A stretch of 64,000 nt of DNA from Lama guanicoe (lineage: Eukaryota): positions 24,616,433 to 24,680,432 of the forward strand of contig MU054187.1 in NCBI GenBank assembly GCA_013239625.1. Direction: 5' to 3'. Position 1 is the first letter of the stretch; every line of letters starts with the position of its first letter. The translations under genes and the position numbers were made by a program. Under the pieces are notes generated by a model, which did not search any database, had not been told where the DNA came from, and worked only from the letters and a program-made list of their open reading frames with translations. Shown one piece after another: positions 13,827 to 26,083 of this stretch.

Positions 13827-13949
13827 AAAAATGATATCTTTATTAGAGAAATAGTTTATGACAAACTATTTAAATGAAAATAACATAATACAATATGGTA
13901 TTAATAGTATGGTATGTTAGGTCAAAAATAGACTTTGTCCATAATTCAT

Positions 13950-14320
13950 AGAGCCAGAGAGATAGAAGTAAAATGAAGAAGCAGAAGAGCCACTTCCAAT
14001 TAAAAGAACAAGAGAAATCCCCTGAAAGAATGACAATGAAATAGATCTTGACAGTCTACTAGACCATGAAAAAGATCTAGTAGAAAAAGAGAGTGATCAA
14101 AGCACTGAAGGAACTAAGAGAGATTGTGAATAGAGACTGAGAATACTTCAAAAAGGAAACTGAAACTATAAAGAGGAACCAATTAAAAACAGAAAACTCA
14201 ATGGCAGAGATAAGAGCCAAGCTAAAGGTTGTCAAAAGCTGGCTAGACCTTGCAGAGGAATGAATAAGTGACTTAGAAGAGAGGATAACAGAAGTCACCC
14301 AATCAGACAGCAGACAGAAT
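13950..14320 (+). mobile_element. L1 ORF1 N-terminal fragment (decayed)
   Basis: ATG near 13974 reads MKKQKSHFQLKEQEKSPE; later coiled-coil segment '...LDLAEE*ISDLEERITEVTQS'. Confidence 0.8.
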
Positions 14321-14324
14321 TAAT

Positions 14325-16302
14325 TACTAAACGTTAGCTTTCCTTTACAGAGAAGCTAAACGTATTTGGGACCATTGATAAATCTGTTTGGTGCCACCCT
14401 AAGAGATTTCCTATAAAAAAAACACATGATTTTAGAAATTATTATTGGTATTTATGTTTGTCAATCTGTAGAACACTACTGTAGAGATCAGCTCATAGTT
14501 GCTTATTTCCTAGTTTTCACTGGAAATGAAGGATTTTAAGAGTTAAGTGTTCTGATTTAAATATATAATTAAAGCCACTATAAATAATGAAGAAAACGTT
14601 TTGGTATACAGCAGAAAAATAAAATGCATGTTTTCAGCAAAAAAGGTATAAAAGATAAAACTGCATTTTGCTACTTAGAGTTGGTAGTTTCTCGGTGGGA
14701 GAATTAAGGGTTAAAATAATACGGCTACAGAAAGTGATAGAAGGTTGTGGAAAAGAAATTCTGAGAAAAGAGTTTTGTGTATGGTCGGGATTGACTAAGT
14801 GGATTTCGTTGCAAGTAGGCTGCTATAAGACTGGGTTTTGATCCTCTATGTTCAGAAAACAAAGTTCCTAGGAGTGCTGCTTTTGATAACAGATCGTGTG
14901 AGTGTGCTTTAAATGATTTGTATCTGTTTTTAAAACCATTATCACTTTGGTTAAGTGAGTAACTATTATTTCACAGTGACCTATAATTTTATCTGACCAA
15001 GTATTTTAAAACTTGTTAACAAGCTTCCCAAATATCAAATTTTGATTAAAGTTCTTTTGACTTCAACCTAACTTTGGGATGCTTCACAGGGTCCCTGAAA
15101 CATCCCAAAGATATTAAACTGACTAGGCATATGTGGTATATTAAATGACTTATTTAAAAAATTGTCAAGTAATTGGGGATAACACTTAGGTTATATTGTG
15201 GGAAAAAAGTCACTAATATAGCTATTCTAAAATTTGTATAAAATTCCTAAGAATCTAATATGTCCTGGTATCAGTCATAATGCTAATTATTATCTTAAAA
15301 TGTTGTATCTCAGAAATATCCAATTTGCTTGTTAATTGCATTATAATCAAATATTTAATCATGCTATTTTAAGTCTTGTCATTTATATAAAGTCATTGTT
15401 GTACTCTGATGTTTTTATAAAATGAAGATCTTCAGGTAGATTCATAAAAAAGGGACTTTTAAGCAAATATGTTCTTGATAACTTTTAGATCGTATCACTG
15501 AACTGGGTAAATTATGAAACTTTAATGGAAACCTGATGACTTCATCCAGATAAATAGAAATTAATTATATAGAAATTAATTATATAAAACTGAATGAACT
15601 GATAAATATGAATGATAATCTTCTTTTTTTTGAGATTTTTGAGAAACATACTGGCCTTTACTATTTATTTTCCAAACAAACAAACAAAAACCTTTACTCT
15701 TATTGTATGATCTACAAGTTGATGAAGTATGCCTTTGTAAACAAGGATGGAACATCTATCTTCCTCTCTCTACCTGATCCTTTTAGAATTTAACTTCCCC
15801 AGCTGGCTCCCCTGTGGACTTGATGGTTATTGCTACCAGATTACAAGTAAATTATACTAATCATTCTTTTAATGGGTTCTTTGTTTCTAAATTGTTATGC
15901 TTTTATGACTTTATTAATGTTACTAACTGTATTATTTATTCTATTTTATGAGATTATTGTTTCTTATATTTCCCAATGTGTAACTAGGCCTTTAACAAGA
16001 TGGCTAAATATCTTGGGGGAAAAAAAAAGATCATGTTATAGAATAATTGTAATAGTGTGATTCTAGGTATGGGAGTGAGCAATGAGGGAAAAATATTTCC
16101 TGGATCATAATAGACTAGTAAGACAGGAGATCCAGAGAATTTTTGAGTATCAGCAGGGCCTGATCCCAAAATTAGCACTCTGAGTGGCATGTCAACAGAA
16201 TCTTTGCCTGATCTAGCAATGAGCCTTGCTAGCACCGTGGGACAAAATTGGTCATGAAATTCCTCCCAAGATATTGGTCGAATTAGGACCAAGAGGGAGC
16301 AC
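14325..16302 (+). mobile_element. ERV1 (MER4-group-like) non-coding internal region, 3' part
   Basis: AT-rich ERV1-int character; ends in purine tract 'aagagggagcac' immediately before the LTR TG at 16303. Confidence 0.75.
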
Positions 16303-16610
16303 TGTGAACGAAAACTACTGCAAACCACATCAGTAAACAGAGAATGCTGAAGCCATCAAGTCATCAGCGGCTGCCGTACATAGTAAAGCGCTGAATTCTT
16401 TAACTTGAGATGTCTTCAGTTAACAAGTAATCTTTTAATGTTCCTACCACCCGGTCTTTGTTGTAAAGCTCCTATACATCCTAGCTCCTCCCCTACCTTT
16501 TGGGAGCAGCCCCTCAGGGAGATCTGAGAGGCTGTCATCCCGGCTCAAGTCCTCCTGCCAAATAAAACAGAACACTCAACTTTTAGGCTGCGCATTTATT
16601 TCAGTCAACA
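16303..16610 (+). mobile_element. 3' LTR, family B, with internal deletion
   Basis: tgtgaa...tcagtcaaca termini; AATAAA near 16561; homologous to 17399-17880 and 52788-53272. Confidence 0.9.
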
Positions 16611-17398
16611 CCCCTAAAAGGGCTTTTGTTTTTGTAAGGTCAGGATTTTTTTTTAATTGTTTTTATCAGGCCGGAGTCTTTTTACATAACTGCATACGCA
16701 ATAAAAGAACCCTGGCTTGGTTATTTTCAGGGTGAGATTGTCTTTAATTCCCAATTAAGTTGTAAATTTTGTATGTACATAAACCTGGCTGGGGTATTAG
16801 TTGGAGGCCGGTAATCTCTCATTTCTTTTTCTTTTCTTTTGAAAGCTCTAGTCCCCATTCTAAGGTCAGGTTGTCAGAATAAAATCGCTAGCGGATTTCC
16901 CCACAGGGACAGCTGCAGGGCAGGAGGTCCTTGCCTCTACCACTCCTCAAGTTTCCTAGTCCCCTGAGAAAGCCCTGCTGGCCAAGAGGAGGGGCTCCAT
17001 CTTTGGAATCGAATGGCTTCTCTTAAGATTTCACTTCTATCCCAACAAATTCAACAGAGGTAGCCAAATTGAGGAAAGTATTAGACCAGCCTCTTCTCTA
17101 ACCACTAGTCCAGACGCCGGTATCTTTCAGCTAGGCCCCACCCAGCTCGTCTCCACTGGATAGGTATTTATCCCAGTATCTTTCAACAGGAGGGCCAGGT
17201 ACCTGGATACACCGCCAAATAAGGATCGTCAACAAATATGGAAGATCTGAGAACCAGGAGAGACTCAAAGTCACCTGGACTCCTCAAAGAGGCAGATGGG
17301 CGCAAAGGGCCTCTGCTGGTGCCAAGGCTCTGGTTCCTTGTAGAGGTCAGGTGGAGGAGAGAAGTCTGCTCTGGGTCCCTTCGTGAGGTCGCCGAAAG
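16611..17398 (-). mobile_element. ERV leader / 5' internal region with primer-binding site
   Basis: Minus strand reads cggcgacctcacgaagggac (17394-17375) just after the LTR, resembling the tRNA-Arg PBS TGGCGACCACGAAGGGAC with a 2-nt insertion. Confidence 0.8.
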
Positions 17399-17880
17399 TA
17401 TTGACTGAAATAAATGCACAGCCTAAAAGTTGAGAGTTATGTTTTATTTGGCAGACATTTCTGAGAACTCGAACCCCTTGAGCCTGGAATGACAGCCTCT
17501 CAGATCGCTCTGAGGGACGCTCCCAAGAGGTAGGGGAGGAGCCAGGATATACAGGAGCTTTACAACAAAGACTGGGTGCTTGGAATATCGAAAGATTACT
17601 TGGTACCTGAAGAAAACCAGGCATCTCAAGTTAAAAGAATTTAATGCTTTCCTATGCATGGGAGGAAGCAAACATTTGGGCTCATTGAATTCATTCCTTT
17701 GACAAGCACCTAGCTATCTTGGACCAGTGTCCTGCCTTTTTACATCCTGAGTCCACTCAGGCTGCAGAGGCCGGGCTGCCTACTTGTCATCACTGTGGGG
17801 GGTGGTGGCAGCTGCTGATGACTTGATGGCTTCAGCATTCCTTGTTTACCAATGTTGTTTGCAGTATTTTTTTATTCACA
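17399..17880 (-). mobile_element. 5' LTR, family B
   Basis: Reverse complement starts tgtgaa and ends cagtcaata; followed by the PBS. Confidence 0.9.
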
Positions 17881-18969
17881 CGTGAAAATGAACTAAGACT
17901 AAGCAAGAGAAATAAAGTGCTCAGAGAAGCTATGGTTCTTGTTTCGTTCACTTGCACTGCATTCTTATTTGCCATCATAAGCCTTTTCTTTAAAAGAAAA
18001 AAAAGATATCATGACATTACATTCAAAAACTTAAGAGAGGTAGCATATGAAAGAAGGAACTAATAAATCACACAGACGAGGAAAAGAAAGTAAAATGAAT
18101 GAAAAAAGTTTTTAGAGAAAACAGATGAAATGGATTGAATAATAAATGTATGTATAACTTTTTTTTGGTTTCCTTTTCTCTTGATGCTTTTCATGACCAA
18201 ATGAAGATTGGGCTAAAGATTTCAGTACTGAGGGCTTCTTATAGACAGTTAAGAATCATATCTTACATGGCCCAATTTTCTTGGGTTTATGGTCGCCATT
18301 AATGTCACAATCAGCTCTAAATTTGTCACTTACATAAGCAAAATGACATCTTTAATTCTTGACCTATTTCTCTTAGAGCTAATAAGATGTGCAGCCACAC
18401 AATAGAGGGGAACAAGGGAGACTGTCTGGGAGCAGTTGTAAGCTTCTTACACCAGGAATAAAGCAAATGTCAGAGAGAACAGGCCAACTGGTAGCTCCTA
18501 TATTTACATAATCATTTATCATTGTTCCTTTTATTCCTGGTTAATTATCTTCTTTCCTGTAGTTTGTTTTCATGCAACCTCTTCCTGATGATATTCCTTC
18601 TTTATATAATCAACTCCTTAATTAGAATTGGAGTTTCTTTTTGGAGTTTCTGGCCGTATATTTACTAGTGGGGGGCAAAAAGGCCTTCAAGTTTGCAAAG
18701 ACTGTGGTAAGAAGTCCAACTCAATTTTCTTCCCATTGCACTATTTGACTTACAATGCTAACCATGTAAATGAAATAAATGCTTGTATGTGTAAAAATGC
18801 AAGGACTTCCCTCCAAAACACATGCACATACACACATTTGAAAGCATGTAGCAATGTGCAGCACAAAATGGGCACTTAATGAACCTTACTTTCCCTTTCT
18901 TTTGTGTAAGACTGTGTGTCAGTTACCAATCACGGACTTAGGGAATTGATGGGGAAAACAAAAGGTGGA

Positions 18970-19200
18970 GAGAGAATAGCTCAGTAGTTAGAAATACAAG
19001 ATTTGGTGTCAGATCTGGTTTTCAATTCTGGCTTCATCATTTAGCAACTCTCTGTCTTTGGAAAATTACTTTAACTCGAATTCTCAATTTCCTCATATCC
19101 ATCAGGTAAAGATGGCTAGGCAGTAGGATGGCTTTTAAAAAGCAAAGAGCTATTGCATGCAAAGCACTTAACACAGTGCCTAGCACATAATATATACTTA
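18970..19200 (+). mobile_element. MIR SINE
   Basis: 'ggttttcaattctggcttcatcatttagc', 'caatttcctcat', 'aaagcacttaacacagtgcctagcacataa'. Confidence 0.7.
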
Positions 19201-19239
19201 ATGATAAAAAGAAAACATTTTAAATTTAAAAAGCAGGGC

Positions 19240-19968
19240 AACCTCACTAATCCTTAGAGAAATACAAAACAAAATCACAATGAACCATTAGGAAGGGCAC
19301 TATCAGAAAAACACAAAATAGTTAAGTATTGACAAGGATGTAGAAAAATGAACCCTTGTGCACTGCTGTTAGGAGTATAAAATAGCACAACATCCGTGGA
19401 AAATAGTATAGATGTTCCTCAAAACACTGAAAACAGAATTGCCTTTTGATCCAGGAATCCCACTTCAGGTGTATATCCAAAATAATTTAAGGCAAGATCT
19501 CAAAAAGGTATTTGCACATCCATGTTCATTGCAGCATTATTCACAATAGCCAAGAGATAGCCAAATGTCCACTGACAAATGTATAAAGAAAAAATGTTAT
19601 ACACACACACCTTAAAAAAATATAAGGAAATTCTATCACATGCTACAATGCAAGTAAAACTTGAGGACAAAATGCTGAGTAAAACAAGCCAGTCACAAAA
19701 GGGCAAATACTGCATAATTCCACTTGTATGAAATGTCTAGAGGAGTCAAAGTCATGGAAATAGACAGCAGAAGGGTAGTTAGTTGCCAGGGGCTGGGGGG
19801 GTGAAATGGAGATGCTCGATGGGTATAGGGTTTCAGTTTTGGAAGAATGAAATGTTCTAGACATTTGTTACACAGCAATGTGAATATAGTGAACACTTCA
19901 GTACACTTAAAACTGGCTAAGAGGGTAGATTTTCTATTACATGGTTTTTACCAAATTAAAAAATAAAT
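19240..19968 (+). mobile_element. Old L1 (L1MA/L1MB-like) ORF2 end and 3' UTR
   Basis: 'gatccaggaatcccacttcaggtg', 'catgttcattgcagcattattcacaatagccaaga', 'ggtatagggtttcagtttt'. Confidence 0.85.
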
Positions 19969-21489
19969 GTAAAGGACACACTAAAAAAAGACTATGTCTG
20001 TAAGGCTGTGCTCTCCAGTTCTTTTCCAATACCAGAATGGAGAAGGGGGAGGAGAAAGAGGAGATAAAGGGTAAGAAAAGTGGAAGGTAAGCTTTCATTT
20101 CTTGTTTGTGGGATTTCTTGAGGTTAGGGGAAAGGAAATGCTGTGTAACATAGAAAAAACTGATCTGAGATGTCCTTCCTCCCTCAGCTTTGGGGATCCT
20201 CAAAAGAGGAGACAAGGAATAATCATCATGGAATATATTCATGTAACTGTTTTGCCTCAGAATTGGAAATGACAGGTGTTAAGAGGAAGAACACAAAATT
20301 TTGAAAAGGAAGGAAGGACAATGACATTGTGGGAAAAGCCTACAGTTTGGAGTCAAGATGATAAGTTGAAATTGTCTTTCTACTACTTGCTTATCTTCTT
20401 GGGAATGACTTTGCTCATCAGTCAAAGTGGGGATGATCATAGCATTTCGAACAGAGGTGTTGTGAGAGTTAACCCAAGATATTGTTTTAGAAACAGTCAT
20501 TTTATCCCATGAAACACAATACACAGTGTCCTTGTGATTTTTACAGATAAGAAAACTCTAGCTAATGACCACAACCGCGAAAAACAATGAACAATTTCTA
20601 CTCACAAGGTTAATGATTTATTATTTCCACTTCTACTGTTGGTCTTATTTATGAATGTTGGTATTAATTCAGTCCAGGAAAGTGTGGGATAATTTTTATA
20701 TTCAAAGTGAAAGTGTGATAACTTACTTGTGAGCACGTCAAGTAATAAATCATAGGTTTTTACTTAAAACAAGGAAATAGTTTCATGATTTTTAAGGGCA
20801 AATGATTGTTTTGAGCCATAGCTCAGGAATGTGATTCTACTTATTGCTCTTAGTTTCTCTAAAAGATAACCTTAAATAGTTACGAAAGGTAATAACCAGA
20901 TCATTTCTACTTCCAAAGAGGAAGGAGAAAATGTCACCATGTAAGATGAAGGATGGAAGCACTTTGCACAATAAGGTTACTAAAATAGTGGGGGGTTTTC
21001 CCCAAAGGGAAATAATGAAAATTTTTCCTTGGGATTTTTAATAAAAAAAAAATCTGTCACATCACACAGTATGATGGGGAGAATCTCCATCAGAATGCCT
21101 CTAGGAACCATTGTTAAAAATATTTAGAGTAAATATTTCCCAAAATTGTATTTCATTAATGCAACTTCCCATGTTTTGTTTTTTTGTGTATGTTGTAGCT
21201 CCAACAACAAAATTCATTCAGTTACTATGCTACTGTTGCCTGAGGAATTTGGAAGATGGACAAGAAAAAGAGGAAAAATCTAAGTGGAAGTCAATGGGTT
21301 TTTACACTCATGTGCTATTTTCAAAAATGGCTTGAATTTAGTTATAGCCTAGATTCTTCATCAGTTCCTTTTTTATAATACTGTGAGTGTTCTGTCTCTG
21401 CTTGGCTTTACTTTTTTTTTTTTTTAATTTATTTTTTTTAACTGGTGGAATTTTTAAAATACCTGACTAGCTATTTTGTTAAATATTTT

Positions 21490-21690
21490 TATTTCTATAC
21501 TTATTTTTCCTTATTTTTACATGAACATTTATTTTTACATGTGATTTTTTTTTCTATACCAATTTTTCTTTATTTTTACATTAAATTTTCTTTATTTTTA
21601 CATGTAATTTTTAAGATATTTGATCAGCAATTTTGTCAAATATGTTTACTTCTATACTTATTTTTCTTTATTTTTATGTGAAATTTACAG
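21490..21690. repeat. Degenerate AT-rich minisatellite
   Basis: Several imperfect copies of 'ttctatacttatttttc(c/t)ttatttttacatg'. Confidence 0.6.
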
Positions 21691-22460
21691 GGAATTTACA
21701 TGAAAATCTATCATTTGGGCAGGAGGATGCCTACCTAATATCAAGGGCATACACTTAATGATCTTAAGGAGTTAATTAACAACTTGCTAAGTAGCATTAC
21801 AATCATAAAAGTCAATAAGTAGATGAAACTATAGCTCTACCCTCGAGTAGTTATTGCTTTCAGTAGCTCACAGTAAAGCAACATCAATTTCTTTTGCTAA
21901 TGTTTTGTTAATACTAACAACAATGACATTGTTCCACTTGTTTCCACTTTACTGATCTAGTGTTGATTCATATCAACTGTGACCCTTGTGTGTATGGGCA
22001 GAACGAGAAAGATGAGGTAATGAAAGACTTTCAGGAAAGTAGAAGTTTCTATGAAAACCCCCAGGGCATTTCTTTTTAAACACTGCAACAATCTTTCTGA
22101 ATCATCCAACTTGAGTGTTAGCTGTCATTCAATAAACCCTTTAGGAAGAGGAACTTGAACATTGAAAGAGAACTAATTGGCACATTTTTCCTTACTTCTC
22201 TGAGTAAGTCAAGAGTACGTCATAGAGATTGCCCTTCAAATAGGTTTCACATCCATGACATGATTTAGAGACATGAAGACTGGGATTCTGGTCCTGACTT
22301 TGTCCAGAAATGTGACCTTGGACATTTCCTTAATTCACAGGCTTTACTTAACTCTCTGAAGTTGCCTAAAATTTCTCCCATTAGAGATTGGGAATATTAC
22401 ACTTGACAAGAATTCATAAATCAAAATGTATCATCTCAAAGGGAAAAGAAAAAATGTGCC

Positions 22461-23409
22461 CATTCCAATCCAAAAATGGGCATAAGACCTAAACAAGCAA
22501 TTCTCCAATGAAGACATCCAAATGGCCATTAGGCACATGAAAAAATGCTCAGCATCGCTAATTGTCAGAGAAATGCAGATCAAAAATACAAAGAGATATC
22601 ACCTCACACCAGCCAGAATGGCCATCATTGAAAAGTCTACAAATGATAGATGCTGGAGAGGGTGTGGAGAAAAGGGAATCCTCCTACACTATTGGTGGGA
22701 GTGTAGATTGGTGCAGCCACTATGGAGGACAGTATGGAGGCTCCTTAAAAAACTGAAAATAGACTTACCATGTGATCCAGCAATCCCACTCCTGGGTGTA
22801 TATTCAGAGAAAAATAAAATTCAAAAAGACACATGGGCCCCAATGTTCATAGCAGCACTATTTACGATAGTCAAGATATGGAAGCAACCCAAATGTCCAT
22901 CAACAGATGACTGGATAAAGAAGATGTGGTACGTATATGCAGTGGAACACTACTCAGCCATAAAAAAAGAATAAAATAATGGCATTGGCAGCAACATGGA
23001 TGGACCTGAAGACTGTCATTCAAAGGGAAGTGGGCCAGAAAGAGAAAGAAAAATGCCATATGACATAATTTATATGAGGAATCTAAAAATAACAATAATA
23101 ATGACACAAATGAGCTACTTCTTATTTATAACTAAGATGGTTGATTTCTTGAATATGTGTGAGCACATCTGACTGTTCTTTATGATTGGATTACAGCATT
23201 CTGTTGATTCTTATTTTGTAGTTGGCTTTATTCCTTTGATAACTATGTAAATTTTAAAAAAGCTAAAGATCTAATCTGTTCTTAGAAACGGTAATTAGTA
23301 CATATATGAAAACTAAAAAAAATGTGCAGTATACTGTTTATATGTATTTACATGCAATATACTGTGTATGTGCAGTCAAACTGTAATAATTCTACACAAT
23401 AAAACTGGA
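22461..23409 (+). mobile_element. 5'-truncated L1 (ORF2 C-terminus) with non-canonical 3' tail
   Basis: ORF 22522-22974 is the L1 ORF2 Cys-rich C-terminus (HMKKCS...CWRGCGEK...DPAIPLLG); 17-bp TSD aaaagaaaaaa(t/c)gtgcc at 22444-22460 and 23410-23426. Confidence 0.92.
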
Positions 23410-24689
23410 AAAAGAAAAAACGTGCCTACTCTGGGTTCTCTCCTGTATCATTTGGGTTGCCTTGTTGGACACAGAAAGCTCCACTGTGAGGTGTGAAAAT
23501 AAAGAACAGACAGTTGGTTAAGGCTGAGCATAGTTGGTTCAACAAAAGGAGAAATGTCATGGGGTATCCGGTGTCCTTATGGTCACCTCTTTTCCCCAAG
23601 GCCAGAGTCAGCCAAGACTAATGGAAGTGATATGACTCGAGGACAGGTTGTTGAAAGATAGAAGGAGCACAATTGTTCAAAAGTGTCACCAAGAAGCTAA
23701 GAGAAAGACACTGCCTTGGTACTTTCCAATAAAGTTCTGCAGTGAGGATTACAGCTGAGGCTGCATAGAAAAAAAAGAAGGTTAAATATGGATGCACTCA
23801 AAACATAAAAAATTATATCTTTATTCAAGTAATACATGCACATTATGGAAAAGGTACAGATAATCACAAAATAAGCTCACTACGGATACGCACAGAAATA
23901 AGTGCTCTCATCCTGCTGCTCATTATTCCAGGCTTTTTACACATAAATCTGTACACAAATAGATGCCTTTAAAAAAAATCAGGCTTATTCAAAAGCGTCG
24001 TCAATTTTTAGGTTTAGTAGAAACTGCATTAAGCCGATGAAAGGTTCCTTTGTTTTTCAAGATGTACACCAATGGCCTGTAAATTTGGGAACCTCTGTGT
24101 CATTCAAATGTGTACTGCAGTTCTGAAAAGTATCAGATTTTGCTATCTGTGAGTGGTGCTTGCTAGACAAGTCTTAAATTGTGTATTTTTTAAATCAAAG
24201 TTATACAATTTCTTGTAGATTATTGGGAAAGGGTCAAGAAATCAGAATAGCCATTTATCTAATTTCCATTTAAAATCTATTCCTTTTAAGTCAGTGGAAC
24301 TATAAGGTTGTTACCAAGCAAAAATGCATTTCAACAAAATTTTAAACTGTATGTATACGTACACATGTATATGCATACATGTATTTAATACTGGTTACAG
24401 ATAAAGTTTATATGCATTTAATCCAGAGATGGAGTTTCATAATGCTGTTTTATTCATCACATTAATCAGAAGTTAAACATAGACTTTTATCTATTAGCAG
24501 GCAAAGAATTTCAGGATTTAAATACAGATAGTCAATAAAGTTATGTAGTTTGAAAAGTAGTGTCTCATTATGAAGAACTCTCAGCTTCCTGTAAAGCTAA
24601 TCTAATTTAAAGGATGTGTAAATGTTCTCGGAAAAATATGAGCTCCAAGTCTTTGCACAGATAGCCTCCTCTTTATGAGAACTGACTCA

Positions 24690-24970
24690 TCCCTTTCAGT
24701 TCTGCCTGACTGCCCCCCATTTGCCAAATTCTTGATCTCCTTTGTCCTCTTCCCTGTTATTTTTTCCATAGTACTTATCACCTCCTAAAATGCCATATAA
24801 TCTACTTGCTTCTTATGTTTACTGTCCACCTCTCCTCACTACAGCAGAAGCTGCTGAAAAGCAAGGGTTTCCTTCTGTTTTGTTCACTAATGTGTCCCAA
24901 GTCCCTGGAACAGGGCTTGGCTTTTTAATACTTGGTAGTAAGTATTAAAAATATTTGTTGAATGAATTAA
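24690..24970 (+). mobile_element. L2a 3' end
   Basis: 'ttttccatagtacttatcacc', 'ctgttttgttcactaatgtgtccc', 'aaatatttgttgaatgaat'. Confidence 0.75.
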
Positions 24971-25576
24971 AATTAGGAAGAAAAAAACTCATCACTTGAT
25001 GCAGATTTTGTGAGACTTGAAGCTTATAAAATTTGAGAGAGCTCTCTTTAAGTTAAAAAATTTTAAATACTTGATTTCTGCAAATTTTACAAGAAACTTA
25101 TCATAACTATGTGAATACATTAGTAGCCTGTTCAAGGGTATGTGAGTGGCCTTGAAGGTTATATCATTAGTTTCAAAGGAATGAAAGCTAGAATTTTAAG
25201 AATTATCACTTTTTATGGTTTGATAAATATTGATTGATATCAAAGGATATTAACAACACTGTTATGTGAAAAAAAATGTTACAAATATGGTATATAATTA
25301 TGATACCATTTGGTACAGGAAAAATGGAAGGACATGCAAAGGATTTCTGTGGGAGATAGGATTATAGGTGCTATTTCTTCCATTTGCTTATCTGTGTCTT
25401 CTAAGTTAAATAAATGAATATGGATAACTTTCATCATGAGAAAAAATTATTTTTAATTATAAAAAATACATTCAATTACATTTAGAAGGATGTGTTCTCA
25501 TTCTTTATGAAGTACTGATGTAGGGTTCCCTAAGGTATTTATTCTATTTTCCCTCTTCCTGATGGAAAAACAACAT

Positions 25577-26083
25577 TATTCCACCTTTTCAGGTTTATTA
25601 TGTAGAATTATTACAGTTTGACCACACATACACATTACATTGCATGTAAATACATATATACAGTATACTGCACATTTTTTTTAGTTTTCATATATGTATG
25701 AATTATTGCTTCTAAGAACAGATTAGATCTCTAGCTTTTTTAACTTACACAGTTATCAAAGGAATAAAGCCACTGCAAAATAAGAAACAACAGAATGTGG
25801 TAATCCAATCATAAAGGACAGTCAGGTATGCTTAATACATATTCAAGAAATCAAAATAATAATTAGTTCATTTGTGTCACTATTATTGTCATTACTTTTT
25901 AGATTCCTCATATAAATGATACCATATTGCATTTTTCTTTCTTTTTCTGGCCTACTTCACTTAGAATGGCAGTCTTCAAGTCCATCCATATTGCTGCCAA
26001 TAGCATTATTTTATTCTTTTTTATGGCTGAGTAGTGTTCCACTGTATATATGTACCACATCTTCTTTATCTAGTCATCTGTTA
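25577..26083 (-). mobile_element. Second L1 copy with the same non-canonical 3' tail
   Basis: Reverse complement matches ~22897-23409; own TSD atggaaaaa(c/t)aac(a/g)t at 25562-25576 and 26084-26098, followed by tttt/aa. Confidence 0.9.

Noticed and set aside
22522..22974. 150-aa ORF as a host gene
   Set aside because: It is the L1 ORF2 C-terminus of a 5'-truncated, TSD-bounded insertion
22897..26083. Local inverted segmental duplication
   Set aside because: Each arm has a distinct TSD and similarity stops at the element ends, so these are independent retrotranspositions
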